64,000 bases of DNA from Phoronis australis (GCA_002633005.1 NMRA01000013.1:1550185-1614184), one strand, 5' to 3'; counted from the first letter of the stretch, positions 37,501-52,332 are shown. Notes: generated from the sequence alone by a model not told the origin. Program-made: numbers and translations.

Positions 37501-40500
37501 AAAACAGAAATTACTAAATTTTTACAATCATTAAGAAACACAGCCCATTCCACTTTTACATTCCAATAATTCATTTACTCCCATCATTATTTTTCCAATA
37601 TGCCATAATTATTTCAAAATAAATAATACGAAGGCAAATCATTAGAGCCAAGTCAGTCATTAAACCACGTCAAGTCTTATAAAGTTTGCACTGCCTACAA
37701 ACTCTGCAAATCTCCTACCAGACTTGACAATGTCCACCAACTGTGAACGGTCCACTTTCACCATTCTGGACGTTGTGTCGGACAACATGGAGTCCCACCG
37801 AATAGTGACATCCTTTAGACATGGCGTGACCTCTTCATAGTCTAATTTGACCCTCAAGGACTCCGCCTCATCTTGATGGGCTGAAGACAGAAAAAATCCA
37901 ATTCTATATCCCATCCTGAAAAGTTGATCACACAATGACATGGAAAAAACAGAAAATCGAGTCAAACGGAAACAGAAAATCTCAACTAAGGGGAAACATA
38001 ATTCCTGTTACCAAGATACGTGTAAGAATATAATTATTTTATTGCAATGGAGTTTGAATTTGGAAAACGTGAAGAGCAAATAGGAGACAGACATCTAAAA
38101 ATATGCTGAAATTGTAAACAACAAGACAGTTCTTACACAACGTCAGACTTTTAGCCACTAAGAAACATTCATGATGAAACTATAGGAAAATCCTAATCTA
38201 CCGAGATGAAATTGTCAAACACAATTTGCTGAACCCTTAAGGACAACCCTTTTCATTCATAATACATTATGTAACAGGTTCGCCCAGTTGGACAGGACTG
38301 ATTCGCCAGAGATTTTCGCATGGAAATGCTAAGCGCTAATTCTAATAAAAAATTAATTACACTACAATCATTAAGTAAATGGTATGATATACAAAACACT
38401 GTGTACGTGGGAATTACTTGGTGAATTAAAGAATAACATGCTCTGTGCTTTCATGTATTTGAACTGTGATCAACGTTCACTATAACTACACCAAACAAAC
38501 CTACAGTTGTGTAAGAATTGGAAAGTGAGCAAGAAACTTGGACAGCGTAAAAATTTGTCGAAATTTCGGGAAAACAAAACACTAAAAATACTTGACAGTT
38601 TAGAACCAGATAGATCCTAAAGAATTTAACTAAACAAAAACACAACATACTTAGCGCCAATGGAAAACGATAACAGAAACTGAAAATTGGCAAAGTCAAC
38701 CCGAAACCATAGAAACAGTGACAGCCAATGACCGACACCACGACAAACTTACCCTCGAATACAACAACAGACCGCCGGCCAAATATTACAAATTTTCCTG
38801 TGCAGGCAAGTAAATATATCAGCTATAATTCTATCGAAATGATTTCAAAAAACAGTAAGAGTGCCTAATCAGAGCCTCAACAAAAACTAACATGCTACTT
38901 CTACCGCTGGTATCTAAGTTCTCTGAGTAATTATTTAAGCAAGCAAAATCTCTTTTTATTAATTAATAAATGAAAGCAGCTTCAGGTGTTTGGTGCAACA
39001 GGCCCAACTGAGTGTCTAACACCTCTGATGCAGGGAGTATCAGACCACCTGCACTGCGTTTTATAAAAATCTGTTTTAATACCTAGCAAAAGTGAGACAA
39101 GTAATAATCAGAACGGTGTGGTACTCAGACTTAACATCTCCTTTCATTTAAAGACAACATCGGTGCTGTATTGACATGCAATTGAAAATCTTCAAGTGGT
39201 TATACAAGCAACTGTAATTTGCGATTAAGGTAACAAAGGCATCATTCGTTGAGCTGTTTACATGAGACCTATAAAAATGTTGCTCTTGTTACTGATAGCA
39301 AAGGATTGTGGGATAGCAGTCATCCAATGCAGCATGGCTAGCACACATAAATACACAATCTGTAGAAATCACTTCGTTTCACTAGAATTTCAAGAGGCCA
39401 GAAGCTCAGTTTATCATCTATACAAGCAAACAGTTAACACTTATCCAAAATCTACAGCCACCTTACGAAGCAGACGATCGTCTGCATGGCTTCCTGGATT
39501 CTGGACTGACTGACTGGTATCCCACGAACCTATGATTTGGGATGTGCAGGCATTGATTTTCGCTATCTGTAAAAAGGTCAATCTGACTGACTGGTATCCC
39601 ACGAACCTATGATTTGGGATGTGCAGGCATTGATTTTCGCTATCCGTAATAAGGCCAATGGATCAGGACTAAATGATAACAGTCACAGCAGGTTACCTTG
39701 CAAGTTCTGATTCTCCTTCTCCATGCGTATAAGCAGTAACGTCTCCATTATTGCCTTTCTCCACAAACCACGAATTGACTCCGACGTGTGAAGGCGACCA
39801 ACACCAGATGGACCATACTCTTCGCCAGATTCTAGTGTGGAGAAAGAAAACGGACAGTTGAAACAAGTTACATTGTTTTAGAGAGAAATCCAATCCTAAC
39901 TGCATTGAGAGGTTAAAACTGACACTGTATGTAATTGGTGTTCGTTTTCAGACTTTTAAGTCAATGTAATGACGTGACCAATAGATGGCATGCATGAGAA
40001 TTTTTTTTTACCACGCTCATTTATACCAGCATATTCATATACACCAACAAGAAGGGTTAACTACAAAACAATGTCTTCTGCTTACAATTTTAATGGACAC
40101 TCTCTCAAACTAGCGAAACATTTGTCGATTCTTCTGGCTGATGGTGGGACACGGCCAGTCTCAAATTACTGCTTTCTTTTCAAATAATTATTTGTCATTT
40201 TCTCTTGGTCATCTACTCTGTTGCTGCTATTTGAAACAGACAACACTGACTTGTGCTTAACCGATTCCCTGCACAAAATGAAAGATTACAAACTACTCCA
40301 ATACACTCACCAGGCTCATTTTGTTAATCAAAAAATAAAATTGTAACAAAAACAAGTCTTTATGCCTGTTGTCAACATTAAAACCTTACAACAGACAGCT
40401 GAGGAAATGTTCCAATACTTGAAACCCACCCGCTATAGGCTGGCCTTGATTTCTGACAGGTGTCACTACTCTGTTGAATATGGCTTGTCGCCAGGAGCCC

Positions 40501-43500
40501 CGCCTCCTTATGGGTGTGGCTACACTAGCTGACCTTGTCAGAGGTACAGTGGGTTTCTTGACTTCTGGTTCACTGGTTGCCAGTGTTTCCCCTGCCTTGG
40601 ACAACCTAAACAGTACAAAGGAGAAAGTCAGTTTCGAGAATCTGCCACAGAAATATGATTTTATACTCAAGTGTTCCTGTACCCAGGGCCGACATCAAAC
40701 AGGAATTCCAAGAGTATATTTCTTAAAGTCAATCATCCAATTTCCACAATACAAGTATGACATGAAATTAATGGGGAACTTTGGATAAACAAGGTCAAAC
40801 CAACAAGCACATTATGAGCAATACAAAAGTGAAATAAATTAAGAAATAATATAATACTTGGAATGCATGACCGTTGGATTTCACAAGATACAGACCTTAT
40901 ATAATGTCAATCAAACTCACATGTACATTTTGGAGCCTTTTCGTGGAGCTGGCACAGGAGGGCGCTGCTGTGCCTCCTGCTGACTCACTGTAACATCTAT
41001 GACATCACCAGCAGGTGGCACCAACGGCTTCCTCTCCTGCGGCACATCACCGACAGTTGCTGCACGCGGTCTCGTCACAAGATGATGGTGTTGTTGTTGT
41101 TGATGTTGTTGATGATGTTGTTGCTTGGGTCGACGTGGACTTTCATCAAGAAGACTTGGAAACAGGTCGTGGATCTCGTTAAAGTTCTTGGCAATGGGTG
41201 AGGTGCACGGGGAGGGATCGGGCGTACCTTTGATGTCCTGCAAGTAAACACCGTGTTCACTCATTTGATAACACCCACATTTGGTATAACATCCACTCCC
41301 TCCCAGCGTAATTCTTCACATAGTAAGCACAAACCATGGCTGACAAGTAAAGTTCTATTTTGTGTAACTTCTCCACACAAATAAAGCTAAAAATAATTTT
41401 GGTCTATTACTAGCAAGGTTTGTAGTGTTTAGATGTCATACAATAGTAATTTTTGGGCAAAATAAGTGGACGGTCACCGTACACAAATTAAAAATTTCAA
41501 ATATCATTCTGCAGTTCACATTTCAAGTCCAACAAGAGATAAACTTACAACTGATATGCTCGTTTCTGAGTCAGAGTGTCCCAACTCTTTGGGTTTTGTT
41601 TCATCTTTCTTGGTCCGCTGCAAAGAAGGGAGCAAAACTAAAATTTTAATGATCTTAAAAAAATCCATTTGCGAAGTGACGTTAACACCGGAAAAATGAC
41701 TTATCGTACGGTGTAACATAAAGTTGCAAACAACCTATAGGTTAGAATCACCAAGTTGTCTCGCACGATACAAGAGGGTGATCTGAAGAATGGTAAATTT
41801 AACAAATAACGTAAGTAAACTTAGGGTTGGGTAAGGGTATTTCAGAATATTCGTAAATCAGCCCCACTTTCTGTTTTCAAGGTATTGACTTTGGTGCACA
41901 TTACTTTACATTTTGGTACAGATTACTTTATATTTTGATACTGTAAATCGTGTTCTGGCATTTTTTGTTTCTGCTTCAGTACAGTAATGGCACAGGGAAC
42001 CGGTGTCCAACCCTATTTTCAATAAGCCCCTCTAAAACACGACAGTCACTGACACTGAACTAAAAAGGCATATCTGAGAAAGACGGCTTTAAAACTGTAT
42101 CCTGGAGCGGAAAACTGTTACCTGAAAGAAGTTATCAAATGATGCTGCTAATGACTTCTTAGCTTTGCTCTTTAGCAAGTCAAACTTGGATGTCTTCACT
42201 CCTGTCAGGTTGAACTGTGCAACAAATAAAACAATCATGTTAGATAGAGATTCAAGTGAACATATTAAATTGACCGGTAACGAGACAAAATGTTGTTAAA
42301 GACTGTCAAGCTAGAAAATTGTTCTTAAATCTGTGATGTTCACCATCCTTAAAGCAGAATTTCTCACTGCTAAGCTGCTTAGAACCGAATATCAAAATGG
42401 ACCTTTTAGTCTCATAAAATCAGTAGTAGTGTGTACCACAATGATGTACTTACGGCACAAAAATGTAAAAATGGAAAATTAACTGATTTTCATCATGAAT
42501 CTTCATAAGGCCAGGGACACGCGTATGACATATTAAGAAGCACCTAGCTGCACTAAGTCAGGTTATTAATAGTTGGTAATAGAAAACAAACACAGATGAT
42601 GGCACCCAGATATGTACAGTCATGTGAACATATGATGATACACCCAGCAGTTGATTTAGCACCTCATTGATATTCTTCATTAAGATTGTAACCAGTCTTC
42701 AAGACGAAGGCCGCCGAGTTCCCAGAAGAGCCCGGAAGAAACCCTACTCAGGGTTTGGGAAACAATAATTCATGGAAATGTGGAACCGCATCTGCGACCT
42801 CTTGATTTTGTAGTCATTGAATACCCAGAGTACCACTGAGCACCCATACGTCATTGAATAACCAGAGTACCACTGAGCACCCATACGTCATTGAATAACC
42901 AGAGTACCACTGAGCACCCATACGTCATTGAATAACCAGAGNGTATGACATGATGAGACCATCAAACTTTGTTCAAATTGCCACTCGAAAATCAACAAAT
43001 GTGACTCGTGAAGTCTTGAGTAAAGTCAAAAGTCCAGTCACTGGTATGTGAACTAGAGACTGCTAAACAAACATTGGCTGTGGCTACACCTCTCAAGTCA
43101 GTCAACACTGTTGACACGTATTACTGCCTTCTCATTGGTAGGATAAATGCATTAACTTTTACCAAGTAATCGTCTTGCACAATGAGATTTAACCTTATGT
43201 ATATCTTTAAGCCATGCCCTAGTACCAAAAATGTTACAGAATTGTGCTGCGCTTTCCTGTCTACACAGGTAGCTGCATGCCTCCTATTGTAAAGGCAGGG
43301 AACCAACAGTGGGTAAAATTTGTGCTGACCTCATTCTTCACATCATTCTTGTTAGCGTCACTAATGTGCACGTGATCCTTCTGCCGTGTCTCGCACAACA
43401 CCCTCAACTGAGTCATGAGTACCTCATTAGTCTCCTGGTGGCTTTGTGGTGCCGCCAACTGTAACAAAAAGGCTCAGTAATACATCAAGTGATTACACAA

Positions 43501-46500
43501 CAATTACATTGATGTCTTTCTAACTCCATAAGGCCAGACCAAACTAAAATGCAAAGTGCGTGTGACTATGATACAGGCTTTTCAATTTTAATGAAAAATA
43601 ACGGCTAGAATTGTCATTTTTAAAGCTTACTACATTATTGCGAGATAAAGCTTAACCAAGAGCAGCGCACATTATAGAGCACCGTTTTCAAACATTAATG
43701 AAATGTTTTGTGACATGAGGGTACACAAAACATTGTGTTCTCATCCTTTATTTGAACTGAAATTGACTGGACTTCTGTGACAGCCATACTACATGTGCAA
43801 CTGAAACTAACTCGCCGAGACAAACAACTTAATTGGCGTGGTCTGAAGAAATAGTGAACTTTCAGCTCGTATCAAGCATGTCTAATCTTAGTAGGGAACA
43901 AATTGACCAATTTCATAATTTATGGTTCATGGCCTAAATCAAAAGTTAACCCTTTAAGGATTCATACATGTAATTTGAAATAAAGCTGTATGAATTAGTA
44001 TATTTTCTAAAATGTAGGAAACGGGCAGAATCTTTAGCCTAAGCACAAACAATATTTTTCATAAACCAAACTCTGATTAAGACGCATACAAGGCAGAAAG
44101 CAACCCCCAATTTTCTAGTGTATAAGCTTCTTCACTCGGGTATATCTACATGCCAAATAGCTCCTAGTTTGCATAGTATGAAACTTCAAACTGACTCCTC
44201 GCTCGTGCCTTCACAAAGCTTGCTCGGAAAACAGACAACGATAGCGTGCATTATTTGCAGATGGATAAGGTATAAAAAGTAAATGAAGGATCATAAAGCT
44301 CAATTAAAACTCTGAATGAAAATATCCATGCTTTGAACTACCTGTTCTGGATCGCTGTCCAACGTTACAACATTTGTAAAGACAAAATCGATAATTTCAG
44401 ACAGTGTGAAGAAATCCACCATGGTGGCAGGTACGTCCACACGAAGACCAACAAATTGGCAGGTCACTCAAGATACACTCATAATGGGTGTACCAATATC
44501 ACCAACTCACTAACGTCAATGGATGTAGTTACAATATCTGACTTATCATGAAGCCTGGTGGCCCACACAACAATTAAAATAATTGTTATACAGAAGGATA
44601 ATTGATATGGTGGCTCGTTAATGTCAATCGCACAGAAAGATCAACACAGACGGAGGATACGTAGGTCAAGGAGCAGAGCAGCTTTTGTTAGGAAAGAAAT
44701 GCATTAATTAGCTGCCATAAACTGAGGTCAAAGGTTGACTGAAAGGAACATCCTCAATGGCTATTACAAGACAGCGTAAGTCAAAGGTTGACAGAAAGAA
44801 GTATCTTCACTGATCATTGTTAGCGTAAGTCAGGTGTTGCTGGGAGAATTATGACATTTGGTGGGCTTGTCTTTAACCCTTTGGCCCTGTTTAATGGGCT
44901 AAACAACTAAAATTGAATTTCGCCATCAACTCTCATAAAATCAGTCTCATAATATGCCTTTTCATGATACAACTCTATTTCCATCACCACAAAGAACATC
45001 AAAACAATACATCGACTAAAAAAAAATGCGATCCAACCTAACATGGTTGATTCTAAAATCATTCATGTACACATTGCCTGTGATCTGGCAACAATGCCAA
45101 GATCGTATGAAGCACTCCGATTAAGTATTCAACCTTTATAGCTTATGAGGGACGATATGCAGCATTAACTACCATGTATGAGTACACTTAGGCCCATGTG
45201 CTAGTATGTACAATGAGTACACTTAGGCCCATGTGCTAGTATGTACAATGAGTACACTTAGGCCCATGTGCTAGTATGTACAATGAGTACACTTAGGCCC
45301 ATGTGCTAGTATGTACAATGAGTACACTTAGGCCCATGTGCTAGTATGTACAACGACATCTTTATCCAAATTGAAATGCGTGTATAATACTTGCATCAAA
45401 CGAAAGGAATAAAGTTTAATTTGTAAAACAGAGTGTGAGTGCAGTCAGACTTCCTCATTACAAAAAGGAGGATGTTGAGGTATTTTAAATTTATCATCAA
45501 ATAGATAATGAACAACCCCAAACAAAACAGTTCAAGATAAGCATATACACAGGATTCCTGCCAACTTGAGCAAGAAAGGTCACACTGACTTTTCGGCAAA
45601 AGGCGTGTATTTTATAGAATAAACACAATGACCAACTCACTATTGACCACAGTCCGTGTCGGTCAGTGTTTTATTTCAAGAGCATGAATGTATACATGAG
45701 ATGTAAGCATTTTGCTGACCCATTTATGTCACTTTTCTATTGCTGACTGCTTAGTTGCACAAGGAAACGGTAAAAAATGCTCAAAAATACCCTTTCACGA
45801 TAACCTACAATTTTTATTTTGAAGTAAGTTTTAAACATGAAAAGAGCTGTCCCCCCTTAAGAAGAGTGAAATTAAAGATAATAGTAGAAACCTAACTTAT
45901 ATAAAATTTTTTAGATGAATTGGGATCACGTCTAATCCAGATATCCAAAACCATCTAAAAAGAGTAATTTTTCCTAAAGTCATAGTTCCAAGTAACAAAC
46001 AACATAATGATAAACAGCTACTGTTCAATGCTCATAGTTCACACACTGAATAATTTTCTAACTAGTAAATAACCCTATTAATTCAAGGCAATTCTGGTGC
46101 GGGGTAAACAATCTTGTATATGCCTTCATAATCATCTGTATTCTTGCCTGACAAATAATACATGCAAAAGAAAGCAGACGCATAGTTTTAACGATGCGTT
46201 TGGGTGACCCACAGCACCGCTCAATGACATTCACAGGAAGGACAAAAGCATGTTGCATACCAAATTAGCCGAATATTCAAACATGGAGGAGGATGAAGTA
46301 CAAAGCAAAATAAATTCACCTTCATGACACTTCACATATATTTGTGATTTTCTTTACTAGTATCTGCAGCCAAAAAACAAAATATGAGAAACAGATGTAG
46401 GTGCCCACATGTAACATCGGGAAATGTGGCCCAGTGAACAACCAAAGATATTCTTCTTGTAACTTAGGGAAATATGGCCTAGTCGACAACCCAAGACATA

Positions 46501-49500
46501 TTTTGCTTGTAACTTAGGGACATATTCTTATTCCTATCATACTGGGAAATATGGCTTCAATGACAACCAAAAACACAATTATTTTTATTCCTGTAAACCA
46601 TCCCCTACCGTCAGGCCGGCCAAAACTTCATTGTAGTCTTTATCTTGGAGTCCTTCAACCCGAGTCTTTATAATTTCTAAAACCTTTTCTGGTTGTTGGC
46701 CTGAAACAAAAAAAGCGTGTCAACATTTGGATTTCAGGGGTGGAGAGTATGGGCTCTAATGAGACAGCATTGAATCATTCACAGGTATAATCTGCTCTTG
46801 TTACAGTAAATTTTTCAGCTCAGGACATAGCATGGCGGATATGTGTAATCGTCAAAAATTAAAAATATGTTGATTTTGCAAGGTATAGGTGTTACGAAAC
46901 AACATTAAGTAAATTGAGAGCATCTTGCAGAAACATTGTGAGGCTTTGAAAGAAAAAGAAACAATTTTAGCAATAATTTTGGTTTTGAAATGAGGAATTG
47001 TTACGTAGTATTGAGAAAGTGATAAATTACGAACAGGAGAAGTCCAGTTCGCAGATCGCCTCAAAAGCTTTTGAGTGAGCTTATCGCTTACCGTCAATCT
47101 CTTGACACAGTTTGTGCAGTTGGTGCATGGGACACTGCTCACAGACAACATGATTCTTCGTGCTCTGTTGGAATGCATTATGGAACGCCGTCTTTAGAGA
47201 TTGCATCACCTCTGACACCTGGTGGTGAAGCAACAAACTACAGTGGTGTTTTTAAAGGCCAACATTGAATCTCCAGGCATTTCTTTTACAGCATATACAA
47301 AACCCGTTATCTTATATGTTTTCAGTGTTGATTGCTGTTTCCCCGACAGGCACATCTGCTGTCGCTTCCACTGAGCAAACGCAATGGCTGATCCAAAGTG
47401 TGCTGAAGAGCGTTCAAAGGCTAGGGGAACAATAATTAAAACTGAAAAACAACTCTCACTGATATCCAGGAATTATTTTCTTAGTAATAAAATAAGAATG
47501 AAAACCTATGCTTTTCATTTCACATTATACGATAATAAATCACATAATCAATGTAATTGCAATAGGTCACAAGAGAAAGCTAGTGATGTAACACTCTGCA
47601 CTGCTAATACATGACGATATCTCGCTGACACACTCATGACCTTTGCAAACTCCCAAAAAGCCTAATTGGATGCGCCCCAGAAACTTGAAGAAGCGCAACA
47701 TCCTACTGTAAAGGCATAATAAATTTTGTAGTTGAGCAAATGTACTATCACTCGACAAAGGTGAATAAAGAAAGCAAAATAGCCATACTGCTTAGAGCAA
47801 AAACACAATGGAAAGCTGTGTTACAAAAGTCGGTAAGTCACGAAATCTAACTTTTATTTAAACTGCTGATACAATGCTTTGTTCAGTGAAGCCTGAGTAA
47901 CGCTCTGATGTGACAAAGGCTATGAGTTTACCAAAGGGAGACAGCAAAATTTGCCCAATTCAGAAAACCATATCACAGAGGTACATACTTATCAAATTAA
48001 GGCAAAAACAACAACGCTCTGGATACTGTAGGCTCGGACACTTTAAGATGAGACTGGTTTTGGTGAATGCATTTTTCTTACCACAGATTCAGAGGCACAG
48101 CGGAAGACATAACATATCAGCTTCTGAGATTTGGGGTCTCTGGAAATGAAGCCGAAGTGTTCTGGATGTCGAGTTCCCTGAAAATAATGAAAGTCAAGTA
48201 AAAATTGGACTGAAGAAATCACGTGTCCAATAGCCCCACAGAATTGAAAAATAAAAGTGCGATTATATTTTGTATAAATATGTTCGTTAACAATCATTAG
48301 AAGGGGGTAAATAATAATGCCAAATATTGACGCAGTATTACAAAATAATTGAAGGTGTAGAATTGCTAGCCGAAGAAGCATGAAAACCCCCATGTGTTCA
48401 TGCGACACCATAACCCCTTAACAGCCAAATACAATGTCACAGTGTTCCCGTCGACAAGTTCAAACTACTTGAAAGAAACTGTTGTTGATAGTATTTATAG
48501 GAAGGAAATACTTGGCAACATGCTTAACTGTAAATGCTTAATGTAGTATTTATGTACTATATTATGTAATAATCTGACACATGTTTACAAAACAATCAAT
48601 TTTCAACTAAGGGGTAGTAGTTACCCTAGACAAATGTCAAAATTTGACTTACTTCTGAACATAATATCTCAAAAACAGCAAATCGGATTCAAATGAAACT
48701 TTCACTCGCTATGGTTTATCCACTTATCAACTGTTTACCACATAGCTAGGAACTATTTTGTAATGTTTCGCTTTTGCAGAAGGTCCAATCAAAAAGTGAA
48801 ACTCAAGATTTTAATGAAAAAACCAAATTGCACAAGACAAAACAAAGCAAAAAAAAATTGAAAAATACGAAAACGCTTGTGTATAGATCGCATCTTACTT
48901 GTTTGCATAGAAGAATTTTGCTCTCGATTTTGATACTGATGTTTTGCAGTGAACGCATTTTTCATTGTTTTGTTAAATTGTAGTGAAAAACATGACCACT
49001 CAATCCAAACTATGACAGATTGGTATACCGACCAAAATAAAATTCAGCACAATTTTTAACTTAAGATTCTTTTACTGAGTCGCTGATGTAACTCATAACC
49101 TTTATTAGGACATAAAGACAAACCTGAGAACAGAAGGAGATGTCTTTAAACTTCCGCTCCAAGATGATGCTCTTCTTATCCAAACTGATGAAACTAATAT
49201 CCTGAGTGGCGATTTGAAAAATCATTGTTTTGTTCGTGTTATCGCACGTTACAGCTTTTTTCACAGTCTCCACGCCATCTTTTGCCATCCTCTTCCCCTC
49301 GCTCAATGGCGATGACTCTAATGCAGTGTTTACCTTCTTCTCTAGAGAATCGTCCGACTTTGATATAAAATCTGATTGATCAAGGTTTTCTGTTGATGAA
49401 TGATGCTCAACCAGGTTCTCCTCACTGTGGCCACTGCGGGGTGTGTCTGATCCCTGGCTACTGTCTGCACTGTTGCTATGGGCGGAGCTAGTTGTAAGCT

Positions 49501-52332
49501 CGTTCTCTTTGATTGACACAGTTTGTTCCAAGTTCGTAGGCAGGCTCTGCGTGCTAGCCCCACTATTGTGACGCGCACGTTCGCCGGGACTAACAGCGTC
49601 CGCCTGTAGTCTGTGCCTCCTCTCTAACTCGTGAGCATGGAATTTGTCGACGGATTCATCAATGAATGTTGGGTGTGCCTTCCTCTGACTGACAATCACC
49701 TTACCTGAGGTATAAAGAAATATAATTGTAAACAAGATGTCTACTTCAGTCATGCAGAACACCGTTATCAGCTCCACCTAGGGAGCCAATGGCAAAACGT
49801 ACTTTACATTCAATGACAGACTATAACCTTAAGGCACAGATAGACAATTTAAGGAACAAGAACACTGAATTGGTCTGAACATGTTTCAAGTAAATAATTG
49901 AAGTGGTTGTGTTGAAGTTGAGTGTTGACACTTCTTACTAACAAGTTAAATTTAAATCGCGGAAGTTTGAAGATACATTCTGTTTAAAAAGGCATATACA
50001 ATAAGATGCAAATTATTTTGTCTCGAACAGAACATTGCTGTGATGATTAATTAGCAGTTTTGGAGAAATGAGGAAGGTAGCACGCAAAACATATCCTGAA
50101 GATGACGTTGTCGTCAATTAGAAAAGAAGCAGAATGTGTGTGTTGTAGGATTTTCAATGTATTTAAAATTAGGAGAAAAGCCCATCCTTGGGTTTTTATA
50201 ATTTTTACTTCACTAGTTTGTAGTTTTCAAAACAGACGATGAATTTCATTGAAATTCAACAGGTTTTGTCAAAAGTATGGCAAAAAATTCAGAAGAAAGC
50301 TGGATGATCTTTAGACCATAATCTTCAAAGGTAAGTTAATTGTGTAAATTTGGTTCCTACAGTATGTTAAGAGCATCGCTTTTAACCCACTAGTGCCATA
50401 AACTGCCAAATGTAACGAACTGTTAGGCATATTAGCTTGCTTTTGTCTACGTCACTGTGAGAATCACCATTTAATTCAAACAGCTGCGAATAACACCCGA
50501 ACACAATGGTGTTCTATTCAGACCCCTATTAAATACAACCTTTTGTTGTTTGTGCTGGGATCTCGCAGTGACGCAACATGGCACGAGAAGGCAGCTTCAC
50601 TTATCATTTGTCGGGCTTACACTTGCGCGATTGAACTCGCGTTTTCTTATTTTACTAAATCTTTGCTAGGACTATCTGGTTATCCCAATACATCTAAAGT
50701 AACAAAATTCCGTTGAAGTTAGGCTTTAAGGTACTGAATCTGACATTTTGTTTTTTAGCCTGCTAAACAGGGCAAATGCAACTTTAAAAATTGTCAGATA
50801 ATGAGTTTGAACACAAATCATTTTCGTCAAAACCCATTCCCATTTCCTTTCAAAACATCATTTTTTTTCAAGCTTCACAACATTTTTATACAAATTTATA
50901 TAATATATAAAATAATGTAATATTTTCATAAAAATTTATATAATTTATAAAATAATACAACATAGGATTGTTATTTTGTGATATATACACATTTTAATGA
51001 CAACTTTTGATTGTAAAAATAAAGAAAATTATTAGCTCACAGCAGGCATTTCCGCTTCCCCCCATGTACCCATTTGAATGACAACTTTTGAATGTGAAAA
51101 CAAGCGTAAATTAAAAAGAATTGTTTCCTAAACTGTGGACCTTTTCATTCTCTCCCCCATCCAGCACATGCAGAGAATGTTCTACAATTAACTTCAAACA
51201 ATAACACAGACTTCTACAGGGTGGGGTGCTCAATTCTCTGTACAGTCAAGTACCAAAACACTTGTTGGTATGCTACACGCTTGTTTAGTCTCAAAATAAT
51301 CAACAGGGAAGTTATCTCAGCAAGGCGGAAGGATTTCCAAATGTTTGCAAATGCGAAACTGAGATTCACCTATTCTAAGAACATATGCTAAATTTACAAA
51401 ATGTTAAAGCAGCCAAATGAAACTGATACCCCATACCCGAAAGAGTACTGACGTAGTAAAATAAAACTTTACAACTCAAGACCAAAGAGTCAATTACAAA
51501 CACTAGAAGTACACAAAACTATCTACTTGTTGCTAGCATTAGTCACCTTCGAAACCACTTCAGATATGTTTACGACTATCCAAACAGTGAAAAGGGTCTA
51601 GGTGACCTGAAACCAAGGATTTCTTGAAACTGATAAGTAAGGTGAAAACTCACGGGATAGTTGGGATAGTTTCTGTTAACGACAGTTATAGGGTGTTTTG
51701 TTGATTCAAATGAACATTTTGAAATGGACTACCAAGAACAAAGTAACAAACAAGTTCTCTTCAGGTCTAACAAACAAAACACGGCAACAGAAGTCTAGAC
51801 TAACAGTCTCCCAGTCATAACTGATTCCAATTACCAAAAAACGACTCAAAATGCCACGGGCACCAAGACTTATAACAGTCCAGCAAAAACTTTACTATAG
51901 AACAGCATTTAGGGAAAATTCTCCATCATAACCGGCACGTCTGCTACAACAGAAAATTTAGCTAAGTTATGCATGGTCGTCACGAATGTGAAATCCAGTT
52001 CCCTTTGTCCATTATTGCTGGCACTACACAGTCAGCCCCTGTCGTTGTTCTTCCATACTTGCCAACAGTATTCTAATTTCTAAGTTTCATTCAAAGGCTC
52101 GGCTAAGACAAAAATGACAGGCACACAGTATCTGCTGCTTTCTCCAATATGGCATCCAAGATCCAAGTGTTGCCATTTTCATTTTGAAATGTTGGCAACT
52201 ATCTACACACTCACCTGTGTACATGACCTCATAGAAATGACTGCCTGGCTTCATCTCACATGCTCTGTCTTTGTTGAACTCCTTCACGGAGTCTTTGGTC
52301 GCCACGCGGATGGCGTTAAACAAGTCTTTCAC
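31566..52332 (-). CDS. TBC1D1: TBC1D1/TBC1D4 (AS160, pollux) family Rab GTPase-activating protein; 18 coding exons in window, N-terminus not resolved
   Basis: Exons: 52215-52332, 49124-49704, 48082-48177, 47092-47218, 46609-46700, 43330-43458, 42122-42214, 41549-41617, 40921-41237, 40430-40605, 39697-39831, 37719-37880, 36926-37093, 36158-36309, 35581-35673, 34287-34446, 33280-33406 (cut by gap), 31566-32216. Motifs: PTB domain ([26 protein letters not shown]), [41 protein letters not shown]-finger ILIDLGRTFP, Q-finger [23 protein letters not shown], and C-terminal coiled coil [14 protein letters not shown]. Confidence 0.93.
32815..33147. repeat. C/T-rich low-complexity tract next to the gap
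   Basis: CCCT/CTCC-rich sequence with internal duplications. It produces the spurious Pro/Ser/Leu-rich ORFs in the track. Confidence 0.85.
35337..35641. repeat. 61-bp x5 tandem repeat derived from the 3' end of a TBC1D1 coding exon
   Basis: Units start at 35337, 35398, 35459, 35520 and 35581. The two outermost units are identical. Confidence 0.95.
39507..39645. repeat. About 75-bp tandem duplication (x2), intronic
   Basis: TGACTGACTGGTATCCCACGAACCTATGATTTGGGATGTGCAGGCATTGATTTTCGCTATC occurs twice. Confidence 0.9.
42813..42942. repeat. 37-bp x3.5 minisatellite at the head of a putative tRNA-derived SINE
   Basis: Unit GTCATTGAATAACCAGAGTACCACTGAGCACCCATAC at 42813, 42850, 42887 and 42924 (partial). 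Confidence 0.9.
45178..45352. repeat. Perfect 35-bp x5 minisatellite, intronic
   Basis: Unit ATGAGTACACTTAGGCCCATGTGCTAGTATGTACA. Confidence 0.95.

Noticed and set aside
48608-49000. Kolobok-like non-autonomous element (similar texture at ~57030-57830 and ~15830-16280)
   Set aside because: I could not identify both TIRs and a TTAA TSD by eye, so it is not reported as a feature.
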